Source: Bacteroidota bacterium
GTDB taxonomy: Bacteria > Bacteroidota > Bacteroidia > 2-12-FULL-35-15
Direction: 5' to 3'
Assembly: GCA_947447995.1 (NCBI GenBank)
Contig: CANFLQ010000003.1
Span: forward strand, 2,742-66,741
Length of the DNA: 64,000 nt
In this document: positions 23,653-35,760 of the stretch, piece by piece
How positions within the stretch are numbered: the stretch's first letter is position 1
Layout of the letters: each line of letters opens with the position of its first letter
Notes under the pieces: generated by a model
What the model was told of the DNA's origin: nothing
Databases searched by the model: none
Seen by the model: the letters and a program-made list of their open reading frames with translations, nothing else
Translations under genes and position numbers: made by a program

Positions 23653-25200
23653 ATGAAGGTAGGAATTCCATCGGAAATTTTTCCAAATGAATTAAGGGTT
23701 GCGGCTACGCCAAAAACCGTTAAACGTTTACAGAAACAAGGGTTTGAAGTTTTTATTCAGCATAACGCTGGAGTAAAAGCAAATTTTTCTGATAAAGATT
23801 TTGAAGAAGCGGGTGCTAAAATAGTTGCTACGGCTGCTGATATATATGGTAAATCGGATATTGTGCTAAAGGTTAAAGAACCTTCCATGGAAGAAGTTGA
23901 CATGATGAAAGAAGGTTTGGTGATGCTGAGTTATTTGTGGCCAGCTCAAAACCAACCTTTACTTCAAAAATTAGCCGATAAAAAAGTAAATGCGGTGGCG
24001 ATGGATGCGATACCTCGTATTTCCAGAGCACAAAAAATGGATGTATTGTCATCCATGGCAAACATTGCAGGATACAGAGCTGTAATAGAAGGAGCTTACC
24101 ATTTTGGAAGATTCCTTAATGGACAAATTACTGCGGCAGGTAAAGTAGAGCCTGCAAAGGTTTTGGTGATTGGTGCTGGAGTAGCTGGTTTAGCTGCTAT
24201 TGGAGCCGCTAATTCATTAGGTGCTATTGTTAGAGCCTTTGATACGCGTAAAGAAGTTGCGGAACAAATTGAATCAATGGGTGCGCAATTCTTAACTGTT
24301 GAAATAAATGAAGATGGTGCAACATCATCTGGTTACTCAAAAGAAATGAGTAAGGAATTTATTGAAGCTGAGATGAAATTATTTTCAGAGCAAGCTAAAG
24401 AAGTTGATATAGTAATTACCACTGCACAAATTCCCGGTAGACCTGCTCCTAAATTATGGATGGATTATCACGTAGCTGCAATGAAACCAGGTTCTGTTAT
24501 TGTTGATTTAGCAGCATCTTCAGGAGGAAATTGTGATTTAACTAAAAACGGGGAAGTTTACACAACCGATAATGGAGTTATTATGGTTGGTAAATTAAAT
24601 CAATTACCTAGTCAGGCGTCACAGTTATATGGAAACAACTTATGTCATTTATTAGATGATATGGGGAAAGCCGAAAAATGGAAAATAGATATGGAAGACG
24701 CTGTTGTTTCAAGAGCAATGGTAACTTACAATGGTAAAATTAATTGGCCACCAGCACCACTTCCTGTTAGTCCGACAGCAGGTGGTGGAGCTAAAAAAAA
24801 TTTAGCACCAACTGCAGAAAAAGTGAAAATATCTGAAGCTGAAAAAGCAAAAAAAGCAGCTACTTCAACAATAATTAGTATAGGTGTAGTTGGTGGATTA
24901 TTATTGTTGGTAGGTAATTCTGCACCACCCGAATTTATACAACATTTTACCGTATTTATATTGGCCGTTTTTGTGGGTTGGCAACTAATAACAAATGTTG
25001 CTCATTCATTACATACACCTTTAATGGCGGTAACAAATGCTATCAGCGGTATTATAGTTGTTGGAGGTTTATTACAAACAACTGAAGACCCAACAAACCC
25101 AATGACCATTTTAGCTTTTATAGCCATTTTAGTTGCCAGCATTAATATTGTTGGAGGTTTTGTGGTTACTCACCGTATGTTGAACATGTTTAAAAAATAA
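23653..25200 (+). CDS. pntA: NAD(P) transhydrogenase subunit alpha (PntA, dI plus membrane dII-alpha)
   Basis: Alanine-dehydrogenase-like N-terminal domain with [17 protein letters not shown], and C-terminal TM helices. Confidence 0.93.
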   Translation: MKVGIPSEIFPNELRVAATPKTVKRLQKQGFEVFIQHNAGVKANFSDKDFEEAGAKIVATAADIYGKSDIVLKVKEPSMEEVDMMKEGLVMLSYLWPAQNQPLLQKLADKKVNAVAMDAIPRISRAQKMDVLSSMANIAGYRAVIEGAYHFGRFLNGQITAAGKVEPAKVLVIGAGVAGLAAIGAANSLGAIVRAFDTRKEVAEQIESMGAQFLTVEINEDGATSSGYSKEMSKEFIEAEMKLFSEQAKEVDIVITTAQIPGRPAPKLWMDYHVAAMKPGSVIVDLAASSGGNCDLTKNGEVYTTDNGVIMVGKLNQLPSQASQLYGNNLCHLLDDMGKAEKWKIDMEDAVVSRAMVTYNGKINWPPAPLPVSPTAGGGAKKNLAPTAEKVKISEAEKAKKAATSTIISIGVVGGLLLLVGNSAPPEFIQHFTVFILAVFVGWQLITNVAHSLHTPLMAVTNAISGIIVVGGLLQTTEDPTNPMTILAFIAILVASINIVGGFVVTHRMLNMFKK

Positions 25201-25248
25201 GAAAACCGTCTTCGTACAAACTTTGGTAGATAAATAAAATATATTATT

Positions 25249-26646
25249 ATGGCTATAGGAATTCAAACAGCAGCATATCTATTTGCAAGTATTCTGTTTA
25301 TTTTAAGTTTAGGAGGCTTATCCTCTCAAGAATCCGCAAAACGCGGTGTGTTTTATGGTATTACAGGAATGGCTATCGCTATTTTAGCTACAATAATGGG
25401 GCAACATGTACATGGACATGTTTATATTATTTCAGCTATTACTATAGCATCGGTTATTGGAATTTTATTGGCTCGTAAAGTTGAAATGACTTCAATGCCT
25501 CAGTTAGTTGCAATTTTACATAGTTTTGTTGGTTTAGCGGCGGTGTTGGTTGGATTTGGTTCGTATTTAGACCCACATACGCATACACTTCAAGGTGCGG
25601 CGCATAATATTCATTTAACGGAAGTTTACATTGGTATTTTTATTGGATCAGTAACCTTTACTGGTTCAATTATAGCTTGGGGTAAATTGGAAGGTAAAAT
25701 ACGTAGTAAAGCTTTATTGTATACTGGCAGACATGCAGTAAATTTAATATTACTATTAATTACCATTGTTTTAGGTGTTTTATTTGCACAGCAAGAAGGT
25801 ACTGACGGTTTGCTTTATTTAATTATAATGACTGCTATTGCTTGTTTTATTGGAGTAATGTTGGTTATGGCAATTGGCGGTGGAGATATGCCAGTAGTAG
25901 TTAGTATGCTTAACTCCTATTCAGGCTGGGCTGCATCAGCAGCAGGATTTATGTTGGGTAACGATTTGTTAATTGTTACAGGAGCATTAGTTGGTAGCTC
26001 TGGTGCAATACTTTCTATACACATGTGTCATGCTATGAATCGCTCTTTCATTTCTGTAATATTAGGTGGTTTTGGGAATGCTCCTGCTGTTAAAGGAGAG
26101 GCAAAAACTATTGAAGGCGAAGTAACATCATTAAATCATGAAGAAGTAGCGGCTTTATTAAAAGAAGCAAAATCGGTAGTTATTGTTCCTGGTTATGGAA
26201 TGGCTGTAGCAAAAGCACAATATCCTATTTATGAAATGGTACAAACGTTGCGCAAAGCTGGAAAAAATGTACGTTTTGCTATTCATCCAGTTGCTGGTCG
26301 TTTACCAGGACACATGAATGTATTATTAGCAGAAGCAAATGTACCTTACGATATTGTATTAGAGATGGATGAAATTAATGAAGATATGCCTGATACAGAT
26401 GTTGTAATGGTAATTGGAGCAAACGATGTGGTAAACCCTAGCGCTTTAGATGATCCTGCTAGTTCTATTTATGGAATGCCTGTAATACAAGTATGGAAGG
26501 CTGAAAAAGTAATCATTATGAAACGTTCTATGTCTGCCGGGTATTCAGGTGAAGACAATCCATTGTTTTACAAACCAAATTCTGAAATGCTTTATGGTGA
26601 TGCTAAAGATAGTGTTGAAAAAATATTAGGCTTTTTAAAAGCTTAA
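25249..26646 (+). CDS. pntB: NAD(P) transhydrogenase subunit beta (PntB)
   Basis: Multi-TM N-terminal half and a dIII NADP(H) domain ([14 protein letters not shown]...[18 protein letters not shown]). Confidence 0.95.
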   Translation: MAIGIQTAAYLFASILFILSLGGLSSQESAKRGVFYGITGMAIAILATIMGQHVHGHVYIISAITIASVIGILLARKVEMTSMPQLVAILHSFVGLAAVLVGFGSYLDPHTHTLQGAAHNIHLTEVYIGIFIGSVTFTGSIIAWGKLEGKIRSKALLYTGRHAVNLILLLITIVLGVLFAQQEGTDGLLYLIIMTAIACFIGVMLVMAIGGGDMPVVVSMLNSYSGWAASAAGFMLGNDLLIVTGALVGSSGAILSIHMCHAMNRSFISVILGGFGNAPAVKGEAKTIEGEVTSLNHEEVAALLKEAKSVVIVPGYGMAVAKAQYPIYEMVQTLRKAGKNVRFAIHPVAGRLPGHMNVLLAEANVPYDIVLEMDEINEDMPDTDVVMVIGANDVVNPSALDDPASSIYGMPVIQVWKAEKVIIMKRSMSAGYSGEDNPLFYKPNSEMLYGDAKDSVEKILGFLKA

Positions 26647-26708
26647 AAAAATATTATATCATAAAAAAGTCCTGCTACATTTAAGTAAAGGGCTAATTTC
26701 GCTCCAGT

Positions 26709-26753
26709 AAAAAAGCCTGTTCAAAATCATTCAATTTTAAACAGGCTTTTATT
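26709..26753. terminator. Bidirectional intrinsic terminator between pntB and recA
   Basis: AAAAGCCTGTT (26711-26721) pairs with AACAGGCTTTT (26740-26750). The loop is 18 nt, with an A-run before the stem and a T-run after. Confidence 0.7.
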
Positions 26754-26767
26754 AAATCATTTTAAAT

Positions 26768-27835
26768 TTACTTTGCTGTAGCTAACTCCAAAACAGGAGC
26801 AACTGCATCACTACTCAAAGCTATTCTAATTTTCGCTTCAATTTCATCACATAGCTCTGTATTATCTAAAAATAATGTTTTCACGGCATCGCGTCCTTGA
26901 CCTAATTTAATGTCGCCATAACTGAACCATGAACCACTCTTTTTAATGATGTTGTGTTCTACACCAAGATCAACAATTTCGCCTATCTTAGAAATACCTT
27001 CGCCATACATAATGTCAAATTCTGCCTGACGGAAAGGAGGTGCTAATTTATTTTTCACCACTTTAACACGGGTACGGTTACCAACAATAGAATCGCCATC
27101 TTTTATTTGTCCAATGCGGCGAATATCTAAACGAACAGAAGCATAAAATTTTAGAGCATTACCACCAGTGGTTGTTTCGGGGTTACCAAACATAACACCA
27201 ATTTTTTCACGCAATTGATTGATAAAAATGCAGCAGCACCCTGTTTTATTAATAGTCCCTGTTAACTTACGTAATGCTTGTGACATTAAACGTGCATGTA
27301 ATCCCATTTTAGAATCACCCATTTCGCCTTCTATCTCGCTTTTTGGAACCAAAGCCGCAACGGAGTCAATTACAATAATATCAATTGCTCCTGAACGAAT
27401 TAAGTTTTCTGCAATCTCCAAAGCTTGTTCACCGTTATCGGGTTGAGAAATTAAAAGGTTCTCCGTATCAATACCTAATTTATCAGCGTAAGCGCGATCA
27501 AAAGCATGTTCTGCATCAATAAAAGCTGCAATACCACCAGCTCTTTGAACTTCGGCAATGGCATGTAATGTTAAAGTTGTTTTACCGGATGATTCTGGTC
27601 CGTAAATTTCAATTACTCTGCCTTTTGGTAATCCGCCAATACCTAAAGCTATATCCAACGACAATGATCCTGTAGGAATTACTTCTACATTTTCCACTGC
27701 TTTATCGCCCATTTTCATAATGGAACCTTTACCATACGTTTTTTCCAGTTTTTCAAGAGTTAGCTGTAATGCTTTTAATTTTTCTTTGTTTATCGACTCT
27801 TTTGCGCCTTTGGCTTCTTTGGTTTCTTTGCTCAT
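26768..27835 (-). CDS. recA: Recombinase RecA
   Basis: Walker [10 protein letters not shown], then [11 protein letters not shown] and the L2 region [32 protein letters not shown]. Confidence 0.98.
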   Translation of the reverse strand: MSKETKEAKGAKESINKEKLKALQLTLEKLEKTYGKGSIMKMGDKAVENVEVIPTGSLSLDIALGIGGLPKGRVIEIYGPESSGKTTLTLHAIAEVQRAGGIAAFIDAEHAFDRAYADKLGIDTENLLISQPDNGEQALEIAENLIRSGAIDIIVIDSVAALVPKSEIEGEMGDSKMGLHARLMSQALRKLTGTINKTGCCCIFINQLREKIGVMFGNPETTTGGNALKFYASVRLDIRRIGQIKDGDSIVGNRTRVKVVKNKLAPPFRQAEFDIMYGEGISKIGEIVDLGVEHNIIKKSGSWFSYGDIKLGQGRDAVKTLFLDNTELCDEIEAKIRIALSSDAVAPVLELATAK

Positions 27836-27863
27836 TATGTATGTGGTTTTAATTGTTACGAGT

Positions 27864-28334
27864 TTATTTACTAGTTAATATTTGTTGTGTATGATCTTTC
27901 ACAATTACATCGGTAATTATTTTTTCTAATATTCCTTTTTCATCAATTACAAATGTGGTTCTAAAGATACCGTCGTATTCTTTTCCCATGAATTTTTTCT
28001 TGCCCCACACACCATAAGCATTGATAACTTCTCGCTCAACATCTGCAATAAGCGGAAAAGGCAATTCATATTTTTCAATGAATTTTAAATGTTTTTTTTC
28101 ATCGTCGGCACTAACCCCAACAACGGCATATCCTTTTTTTAATAAATCGGAATAGTTATCACGCAAATTACAAGATTCTGCTGTGCATCCCGGAGTATCA
28201 TCTTTCGGATAAAAATACAATACCAGTTTTTTACCTTTAAAATCTTTTAAGGAGATATTATTTCCTTTTTCGTCTTTACCTTTAAAATTTGGTGCTTTAT
28301 CTCCAACTTTTAAACTTATAGTATGATTTGCCAT
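27864..28334 (-). CDS. bcp: Thioredoxin-dependent peroxiredoxin Bcp
   Basis: [16 protein letters not shown] active-site motif; 156 aa. Confidence 0.92.
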   Translation of the reverse strand: MANHTISLKVGDKAPNFKGKDEKGNNISLKDFKGKKLVLYFYPKDDTPGCTAESCNLRDNYSDLLKKGYAVVGVSADDEKKHLKFIEKYELPFPLIADVEREVINAYGVWGKKKFMGKEYDGIFRTTFVIDEKGILEKIITDVIVKDHTQQILTSK

Positions 28335-28697
28335 TGATATTATATTATTATTTCAAAACTAACTAAATTAAGTACAAACTTAAATCCTAATTATTAACAA
28401 TTATCAACAAAAAAACTATACACTACAAATATTAGCAAATAATTTATTTATATAAAAAAACAAGTACAAAAAATAAAACATTTCAAATCTAAATCTCCTA
28501 AACTTTCTTTTATTTGCAAACATAATATCTTATTTTAAATAATCTACAATAAAAAACACTTTACTATAAATTGTAGTTTTTTTTAAATAAGTAAAAAAAA
28601 AATCAAACTTTTAACTTATCGCCTTGATAAATTAAACCTGTTGTTTTTTTATCAAATAATAAGTTACTTTTACAAAAAAATATACCAATAAAGTAAT

Positions 28698-29459
28698 ATG
28701 AGTAATCAAAAATCGAAAAAAATATTCCTAATTTTAGGTATTGCGAGGGAAAAACGTAATTGGAGTAAACCTATAAAAGTGCTTCAAGTAACATTTCCTG
28801 ATTTTGAAGTAATTGCATTGGATAATCCAGGAATGGGAGAATACCATAAAACAGCTGTACCTCTTTCGATTGAAAAGAATGTTGATTTTTTGAAAACAAG
28901 TTTTGACAAATTAAAAGGGGACGAAAATTATTTTATTGGTTGGTCGCTAGGTGGTATGATTGTTTCTAAATGGAGTCAACTTTACCCAAAAGACATGAAT
29001 GGAATAGTTTTAATAACCAGTAGTTATGGTTCGTTGTCGATGGTTTGGCAACGATTACGCACCTTAATTATACCGTTGGTAGTATTTGCTATTATAAGTA
29101 AAGGGAAAAGACGAGAAAACGGCATGTTTAATACCACTTGTAAAAATGAACAAAATAGAGAACGATTGGTAAATGAATGGATAAAAATTGATGAGGAAAG
29201 CCCTGTAACGGTTATAAATATTATTCGCCAGTTAATTGCAGCCACCTTGTTTTATACTAAATCTTTTAAAAAATTACACCCTACTTTAGTTTTAGGTGCC
29301 CCCAATGATCAGTTGGTAAATAATAAATGCTCGAAAGCTATTGCTACGTTTTTGGATGCTCCTTATAAGGAACATCCTACTGCGGGGCATGATGTTTTTA
29401 ATGATGAACCAGAATGGGTAGCCAAAGAGGTGCTTTTTTTTATAAATGAGTATAAATAA
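28698..29459 (+). CDS. Alpha/beta-fold hydrolase
   Basis: Nucleophile elbow GWSLGG, a C-terminal His context (HPTAGHDVF), 253 aa. Confidence 0.7.
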   Translation: MSNQKSKKIFLILGIAREKRNWSKPIKVLQVTFPDFEVIALDNPGMGEYHKTAVPLSIEKNVDFLKTSFDKLKGDENYFIGWSLGGMIVSKWSQLYPKDMNGIVLITSSYGSLSMVWQRLRTLIIPLVVFAIISKGKRRENGMFNTTCKNEQNRERLVNEWIKIDEESPVTVINIIRQLIAATLFYTKSFKKLHPTLVLGAPNDQLVNNKCSKAIATFLDAPYKEHPTAGHDVFNDEPEWVAKEVLFFINEYK

Positions 29460-29473
29460 TTTTGTAAAAAAGT

Positions 29474-32400
29474 TTAATTGAATTTATATTCCAAAGCATT
29501 AATATTGAATAATTGAAGTAGTTCATTATTAGGATTGACTTTAATTTTTTTTGAAGGCATTAAAACCGAAATATTTTCATCAATATCTAACACCTTAAAT
29601 TGTAATATACAGTTTTTGGGTTGCGCTTCGCTATTAGCTTGAAGTATCTCGTTTATTTTTAGAATAAAATCATCATCTAATTCGTTTATTTTAACATTTA
29701 CAGTTATGCTTCTTGCTAACTTATCACGTAATTCTGAAAGAAGTTGAATGTTATTTACTTTAAATTCAAAATTCCCTGAATTGCGATAACGTTCTTCTAT
29801 TTTACCTTTTACAAATAAAAACAAACCATTAATCATATATGGTTTGAATTTTACATATTGTTCTCCAAAAAATGCTAATTCACTAGATTCTCTATAATCT
29901 TCAATAGTTATTTTGCCCCATGGCTCCCCCTTTTTAGTTACGCCATTATGCACATTGGTAACAATACCTCCAAAGGCTAAATCCTTTCCTTTATTTTCGT
30001 CAATTTTCTTTATTTCATTAATGGAATTTTTACAGAAATTATCCATTTCCAATTTATAAGTATCCAATGGATGTCCAGAAATAAAAAAACCCACAACATC
30101 TTTTTCATTTTTTAATTGCTCTAAGTTTCCCCAAGCTTCACAAACTGGAATTTTAGGTTCAGGCATATCAACCGTTGATTCCTCCCCAAATAATGACACT
30201 TGAGAGGAACTTACGCCTTCTTGATGCGCATTTCCATATCGAATTGCTTTCTCAAGAAAATTGACATTGTCGTTACCCTCAGTAAAAAAGTAGATGGCAC
30301 GATGAATTCCAAAGGAGTCTAAACCTCCTGCAAAAGCTAAACTTTCAAATGTTTTTTTATTTGCTGCTCTTAAATTTATTCTACGTACCAAATCAAATAC
30401 CGATTTGTATGAACCATTTAAGTTACGTTCATCAACAATGGAAATAACGGCTGCCTCTCCTACTCCCTTTACAGCACCCATTCCAAATCTAATTTGCCCA
30501 TTTTTATTAACGGAAAACTGATATTGACTTTCATTTACATCTGGACCAAGTACAGAAACGCCCATGCGTTTACACTCATCCATAAAAAATGTAATTTTAT
30601 CAATATTGCTTAAATTATGTGTTAATACCGACGACATGTATTCACCGGGATAATGCGCCTTTAAATAAGCTGTTTGAAAAGCTACAAAGGCATAGCAGGT
30701 TGAATGTGATTTATTGAACGCATATTGGGCAAATTTTTCCCAATCTGTCCAAATTTTCTCCAATTTATCTTTTGGTAAACCTTTAGCGGTTGCCCCTTCC
30801 ATAAATTGCCCTTTCATTTTATCCAGTGTATATCTATCCTTTTTTCCCATTGCTTTTCGCAATATATCAGCATCACCTTTTGAAAAACCTGCCAACTTTT
30901 GCGATAATAGCATTACTTGCTCTTGATAAACAGTAATACCGTAGGTATCTGCCAAATACTCCTCCATTTCAGGAAGATCATATTCAATAGGCTCACGACC
31001 ATGTTTACGAGCAATAAATTTGGGAATATACTCAATTGGACCTGGTCTATACAAGGCATTCATTGCAATGAGATCCGCAAATTTATCAGGTTTTAAACTT
31101 ATTAAATGTTTTTGCATTCCAGCACTTTCAAATTGAAAAGTACCATTGGTATCGCCATGTTGATATAAGTCAAATGTTTTCGGGTCATCTAAAGGAATAT
31201 CATCAATCACTATATCTATACCGTGATTTTCCTTAATCAAACGAAGCGCATCACGCATAATGGTTAGGGTTTTCAAACCAAGAAAATCCATTTTGATAAC
31301 ACCTGCATCCTCAATTACCCGCCCATCGTACTGAGTAATATATAAATCAGTTTCTTTAGATGCAGATATTGGAACTATTTCTGTAAGATCTTTTGGTGCA
31401 ATAATAATAGCTGAAGCATGAATACCTGTACCTCGCACAGAACCTTCTAATATCAAAGCTTCTTTCAATACAGTTGCTTGAAGATCATTGCCAGCAAGGA
31501 TTGCACGTAATTTTTTTACATCTTCAATATCTTCTTTTGTTAATCCTTCTTTTGTTTCAAGGCTCGCCTCCCCTGTTAATGGGGCTCTTAATACGCGTTT
31601 CAATTCAATTCCAGGCTTATCGGGAACTAATTTTGCAAGCATGTTAGATTCCTGTAGTGGTAAATCCATTACTCGAGCCACATCCTTAATACTCATTTTA
31701 GCTGCCATTGTACCATAAGTAACAATTTGAGCTACTTGATTTTTCCCATATTTATCAACTACATAATCAATAACTTTTTGGCGACCTTCATCATCAAAAT
31801 CGGTATCAATATCGGGCATCGACTTACGATCGGGATTTAAGAAACGCTCAAATAGTAAATTGTATTTGATCGGATCAATATTGGTAATACCAATACAATA
31901 AGCTACCGCAGAACCAGCTGCTGAACCACGACCAGGGCCAATAAATACGCCAATATCGCGACCAGCTTTTATAAAATCAGCTACAATTAAAAAGTAGCCA
32001 GCAAAACCCATTATTCGAATTGTATTCAACTCAAAATTAAGCCGCTCCTCCACTTCTGGAGTAATATCGCGGTAACGCTCCTTAGCACCTGTAAATGTTA
32101 AATGATGAAGATAATCATCCTGACTTAAAAACGTAGTAGGAATTTGAAAAGCAGGTAAAAGTATGTCCTGCTTTAGCTTTAAGGGTGTAATTTTATCTAC
32201 AATTTCGTTGGTATTATCAATTGCTTGCGGTAAATCGCTAAACAATTGACTCATTTCAGATGTAGTTTTAAAATAAAACTGATCGTTATAAAAAGCAAAA
32301 CGTTTTCCTTTTGAAGATGAAGAATCACCATCCCCAAAATCCTTCATAATAGGCGTACTTTGCTTTTCTCCGGTATTGATACACAACAAAATGTCATGTG

Positions 32401-33073
32401 CATTGGAATCGCCCTGATCCACGTAATGCGAATCATTAGATGCAATTACCTTTACATTGTATTTTTTAGCAAACCTTAATAGGACTTCATTTACAGTGTT
32501 TTGCTCCGGAATATCGTGACGTTGTAATTCAACATAATAATCTTCCCCAAAAATATCTAACCACCATTTAAACTCCTTTTCCCCCTCCTCTTCGCCTTTT
32601 CTTAAAATAGTTCGAGGTACGGATGCACCCAAACAGCAAGTGGTTGCAATTAAACCTTTGTGATATTGTAATACCAATTCCTTATCAATACGAGGATACT
32701 TACCATATAAACCCTCCATGTATCCCAAAGAACATAGTTTTACAAGGTTTTTATACCCTTCTGCATCTTTTGCAAGTAACAGTTGGTGGTAACGAACATC
32801 TTTATCTTCCTTTGTAAATTGGTGTTTGTGCCGGTTTTCAACAACATAAAATTCACAACCTACAATGGGCTTAATTTTATTAGGATTTTCCTTTGTATTA
32901 TGCTTTGCAGCCTCTGCAACAAATTTGAATACACCAAACATATTACCATGATCGGTAATTGCCAATGCACGCATATTATCATTCACGGCTTTTTTATAAA
33001 GTGATGAAATATCGGCGGCTCCATCTAACAATGAAAACTGAGTATGTACGTGAAGGTGTGAGAAAGAAGTCAT
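29474..33073 (-). CDS. dnaE: DNA polymerase III alpha subunit DnaE
   Basis: PHP domain HLHVHTQFSLLDGA. The polymerase core has GPGRGSAAGS and PDIDTDF. An OB-fold lies near the C-terminus. 1199 aa. Confidence 0.97.
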   Translation of the reverse strand: MTSFSHLHVHTQFSLLDGAADISSLYKKAVNDNMRALAITDHGNMFGVFKFVAEAAKHNTKENPNKIKPIVGCEFYVVENRHKHQFTKEDKDVRYHQLLLAKDAEGYKNLVKLCSLGYMEGLYGKYPRIDKELVLQYHKGLIATTCCLGASVPRTILRKGEEEGEKEFKWWLDIFGEDYYVELQRHDIPEQNTVNEVLLRFAKKYNVKVIASNDSHYVDQGDSNAHDILLCINTGEKQSTPIMKDFGDGDSSSSKGKRFAFYNDQFYFKTTSEMSQLFSDLPQAIDNTNEIVDKITPLKLKQDILLPAFQIPTTFLSQDDYLHHLTFTGAKERYRDITPEVEERLNFELNTIRIMGFAGYFLIVADFIKAGRDIGVFIGPGRGSAAGSAVAYCIGITNIDPIKYNLLFERFLNPDRKSMPDIDTDFDDEGRQKVIDYVVDKYGKNQVAQIVTYGTMAAKMSIKDVARVMDLPLQESNMLAKLVPDKPGIELKRVLRAPLTGEASLETKEGLTKEDIEDVKKLRAILAGNDLQATVLKEALILEGSVRGTGIHASAIIIAPKDLTEIVPISASKETDLYITQYDGRVIEDAGVIKMDFLGLKTLTIMRDALRLIKENHGIDIVIDDIPLDDPKTFDLYQHGDTNGTFQFESAGMQKHLISLKPDKFADLIAMNALYRPGPIEYIPKFIARKHGREPIEYDLPEMEEYLADTYGITVYQEQVMLLSQKLAGFSKGDADILRKAMGKKDRYTLDKMKGQFMEGATAKGLPKDKLEKIWTDWEKFAQYAFNKSHSTCYAFVAFQTAYLKAHYPGEYMSSVLTHNLSNIDKITFFMDECKRMGVSVLGPDVNESQYQFSVNKNGQIRFGMGAVKGVGEAAVISIVDERNLNGSYKSVFDLVRRINLRAANKKTFESLAFAGGLDSFGIHRAIYFFTEGNDNVNFLEKAIRYGNAHQEGVSSSQVSLFGEESTVDMPEPKIPVCEAWGNLEQLKNEKDVVGFFISGHPLDTYKLEMDNFCKNSINEIKKIDENKGKDLAFGGIVTNVHNGVTKKGEPWGKITIEDYRESSELAFFGEQYVKFKPYMINGLFLFVKGKIEERYRNSGNFEFKVNNIQLLSELRDKLARSITVNVKINELDDDFILKINEILQANSEAQPKNCILQFKVLDIDENISVLMPSKKIKVNPNNELLQLFNINALEYKFN

Positions 33074-33225
33074 TATTTTTCAATCAAAATTTTACTAATC
33101 CTAAGAATTGTAAAGTTAACCAATAAAAAGAGTATTTTTTCAGGTGTTGAAAAGTTAAGTTTGGGGTATATTTATATTGATTGAAGTTGAAATAGTTAAA
33201 TTAATCGCAAAAAAAAATTGACAAC

Positions 33226-33255
33226 AAAAAAGCCCTCTCAAATTAAGAGAAGGCT
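33226..33255 (-). terminator. Intrinsic terminator after the Usp gene
   Basis: AGCCCTCTC-aaattaa-GAGAAGGCT (one mismatch), with an A-run on the + strand that reads as a T-run on the minus strand. Lies 22 nt past the stop at 33277. Confidence 0.6.
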
Positions 33256-33276
33256 TCTTTTTATTTTATTAATAAA

Positions 33277-34113
33277 TTAATAGGCTCCTGTGCCAACACC
33301 TATAGTCGTATCTTTTCGCGGCATTGGACGGAAGCTTAATACAGGTATATCACTTTCGTTAATTACTCTTTGAGCAACTGTGCCAACAGTAAATAAATCG
33401 GAAAGTTGAAGTTTTTCTTGACTCATAATTACAATTAAATCGGCATTAATCTCGTGCCCATAGTCAATTACCATTTTAGGTACATCTTTACCAATCATTG
33501 TCTTTTCAGTACATTTTATACCGTGATCTTTAATGTATTTTATCGCTTGATTTGTATACGCGTGTAATTTATTCTCTTCCATTTTATTTTCATGTTCTAA
33601 AATTGAGATTATATGAATCTCTGAATTAAAAAGTTTTGCCAATTCTACAGACCTCTCCACTTTTTCACGCGTTTCACGTGTAAGATCAAGCGGTAATAAA
33701 ATATGTTTACAACCCTCTCTATGCACATCACCTTTGATAGTAATTACAGCATGTTTGGATTCTCGAACCATTTTGAATGCGTTTTTTCCAATAATTTTAT
33801 CAACCGATAGGTTTTGACTAATACCCATGATGATAAACATTGGATTTAAAACATTAGCTACTGTAGTTATTTCATCATAAATATTTCCGCTACGAATCAT
33901 TGTTTCTACACGAACTCCTGACTTTTCTTTAACATCAGCTACTATAGCATCAAATCTTTTTTGGTCAAAGGGGTGATGACTTGTTTCTACACCCAACAAT
34001 ACAATTTTAGATTTTGTTAAACGTGCTAATCCGTACGACTGACTTATTGCAATCATAGCTTTAGAGGTAGCGCCCACAGGCACTAAAATGGATTTTTCAG
34101 ATGTAGAATACAT
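33277..34113 (-). CDS. Universal stress protein (tandem Usp domains)
   Basis: 278 aa with two Usp-like halves. The second ends with the typical VAQRVINESDIPVLSF. Confidence 0.8.
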   Translation of the reverse strand: MYSTSEKSILVPVGATSKAMIAISQSYGLARLTKSKIVLLGVETSHHPFDQKRFDAIVADVKEKSGVRVETMIRSGNIYDEITTVANVLNPMFIIMGISQNLSVDKIIGKNAFKMVRESKHAVITIKGDVHREGCKHILLPLDLTRETREKVERSVELAKLFNSEIHIISILEHENKMEENKLHAYTNQAIKYIKDHGIKCTEKTMIGKDVPKMVIDYGHEINADLIVIMSQEKLQLSDLFTVGTVAQRVINESDIPVLSFRPMPRKDTTIGVGTGAY

Positions 34114-34194
34114 AATATTTTATGATTTTTTTTGCAAAGTTAAGAACTTATCGATTGTAATGAAATTTTAATCCTATTTTTTTGAGCTTTCTGC

Positions 34195-34240
34195 AAAAAA
34201 ATAGGTTATAATACCCCAAATAATATGGGGTTATTATAAA
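34195..34240 (-). terminator. Intrinsic terminator after pyrB
   Basis: Minus-strand hairpin TTATAATAACCCCA / TGGGGTATTATAA (bulged), followed 4 nt later by T7. It starts 26 nt after the pyrB stop. Confidence 0.55.
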
Positions 34241-34264
34241 AAACACTGAAAATAATATGTAAAA

Positions 34265-35188
34265 TTAAACTCTTCCAGCTAACAGGAATAAAACTGCCAT
34301 CCGTACGGCAATTCCATTTTCTACCTGATTTAAAATGATACTTTGGTCGCTATCGGCAACATCACTTGTTATTTCAACACCACGATTGATTGGTCCCGGA
34401 TGCATAATCACAATTTTTTTTGAGAGAGAATCCAATAAATCTTTATTTAATCCAAAAAGCATTGTATATTCCCGCAACGATGGAAAATATTTAATATCCT
34501 GACGTTCCATTTGTATTCGAAGCATATTAGCAACATCACACCATTCTAAGGCTTTTCGCAGGTCATGTTCCACTTTTACTCCTAAACTACTAATATATTT
34601 AGGCATTAAAGTTGTTGGGCCACAAACCATAACTTCGGCACCTAATTTTTGCAAACAAAATATGTTTGACAATGCCACTCGGGAATGCAAAATATCGCCA
34701 ATTATTGCTATTTTTTTTCCTTTAATTGTACCTAACTTTTCCTTTATAGAATATGCGTCCAATAAAGCTTGTGTGGGATGTTCATGAGCTCCATCTCCTG
34801 CATTAATTATTTTAGCATCTACATGTTTTGCTAAAAATGCCGCAGCTCCTGGATTGGGGTGGCGCATTACCACCATATCAACCTTCATTGCTAATATATT
34901 ATTTACAGTATCAATTAAGGTTTCACCTTTTTTTACTGATGATCCAGAAGACGAAAAGTTTAAGACATCGGCGCTTAACCTTTTTTGAGCAAGTTCGAAG
35001 GATAATTTTGTACGGGTTGAATTTTCAAAAAATAAATTAGCAATGGTAATGTCTCTTAACGAAGGGACTTTTTTAATTGGGCGATTGATAACTTCTTTAA
35101 AACTATCTGCGGTAGTTAATATGAGATTTATATCATCTGTGCTGATATCTTTTATTCCTAGTAAGTGTTTGGTACTTAGTTTAGTCAT
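34265..35188 (-). CDS. pyrB: Aspartate carbamoyltransferase catalytic subunit
   Basis: Carbamoyl-phosphate motif ENSTRTKLSFE, then MRHP, HEHPTQALLD and HPGPINRG. Confidence 0.96.
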   Translation of the reverse strand: MTKLSTKHLLGIKDISTDDINLILTTADSFKEVINRPIKKVPSLRDITIANLFFENSTRTKLSFELAQKRLSADVLNFSSSGSSVKKGETLIDTVNNILAMKVDMVVMRHPNPGAAAFLAKHVDAKIINAGDGAHEHPTQALLDAYSIKEKLGTIKGKKIAIIGDILHSRVALSNIFCLQKLGAEVMVCGPTTLMPKYISSLGVKVEHDLRKALEWCDVANMLRIQMERQDIKYFPSLREYTMLFGLNKDLLDSLSKKIVIMHPGPINRGVEITSDVADSDQSIILNQVENGIAVRMAVLFLLAGRV

Positions 35189-35229
35189 TTTTTTTAATCA
35201 GATATCTATTTTGGTTATCTTTATGAACA

Positions 35230-35760
35230 TTAAAGCAATGTTACTTTATCTTCTCCATCTACTTCTTTCCAATCAACTTTTACTTTTTCCGACGCTATTG
35301 AGTCTATTGTTTTTCCTATATACTTTGCCTGAATAGGCAAATGGCGACTTAATCTTCTATCAATTAAAACAAGAAGTTCCACAAAATTAGGTCTTCCAAA
35401 GGCTAACATAGCATCTAATCCAGCCCTTATTGTTCTTCCAGTATACAAAACATCATCCACCATAATCACATTTTTATTTTCAATAATAAAATTGATCTCC
35501 GTAGCATTTGGAACCAATTCCTTTTGTCTAAAATCATCACGATAAAAGGTAATATCAAGGCTTCCGCATTTGATATCTTTTTTATTTAAAATTTCCTGAA
35601 GTTTTTTTTGGATGCGTTTTGCTAGAAATATTCCGCGAGGTTGAAGACCTATAATAACAGTATGAGAAAAATCATTATGAACCTCAATTAATTGATAACA
35701 AAGCCGGGTAATTGTTATTTCCAGATGTTTTTTATCTAAAATAATCCGAGGGTGTAACAT
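35230..35760 (-). CDS. pyrR: PyrR, bifunctional pyr regulator / uracil phosphoribosyltransferase
   Basis: 176 aa with PRPP-binding loop VIMVDDVLYTGRTIRA. The N-terminus ILDKKHLEITITRLCYQLIE is typical of PyrR. Confidence 0.9.
   Translation of the reverse strand: MLHPRIILDKKHLEITITRLCYQLIEVHNDFSHTVIIGLQPRGIFLAKRIQKKLQEILNKKDIKCGSLDITFYRDDFRQKELVPNATEINFIIENKNVIMVDDVLYTGRTIRAGLDAMLAFGRPNFVELLVLIDRRLSRHLPIQAKYIGKTIDSIASEKVKVDWKEVDGEDKVTLL

Noticed and set aside
35043-35336. 97-aa + strand ORF spanning the pyrB/pyrR junction
   Set aside because: It is antisense to two well-supported genes, with a Leu/Ser/Phe-rich nonsense-like sequence.
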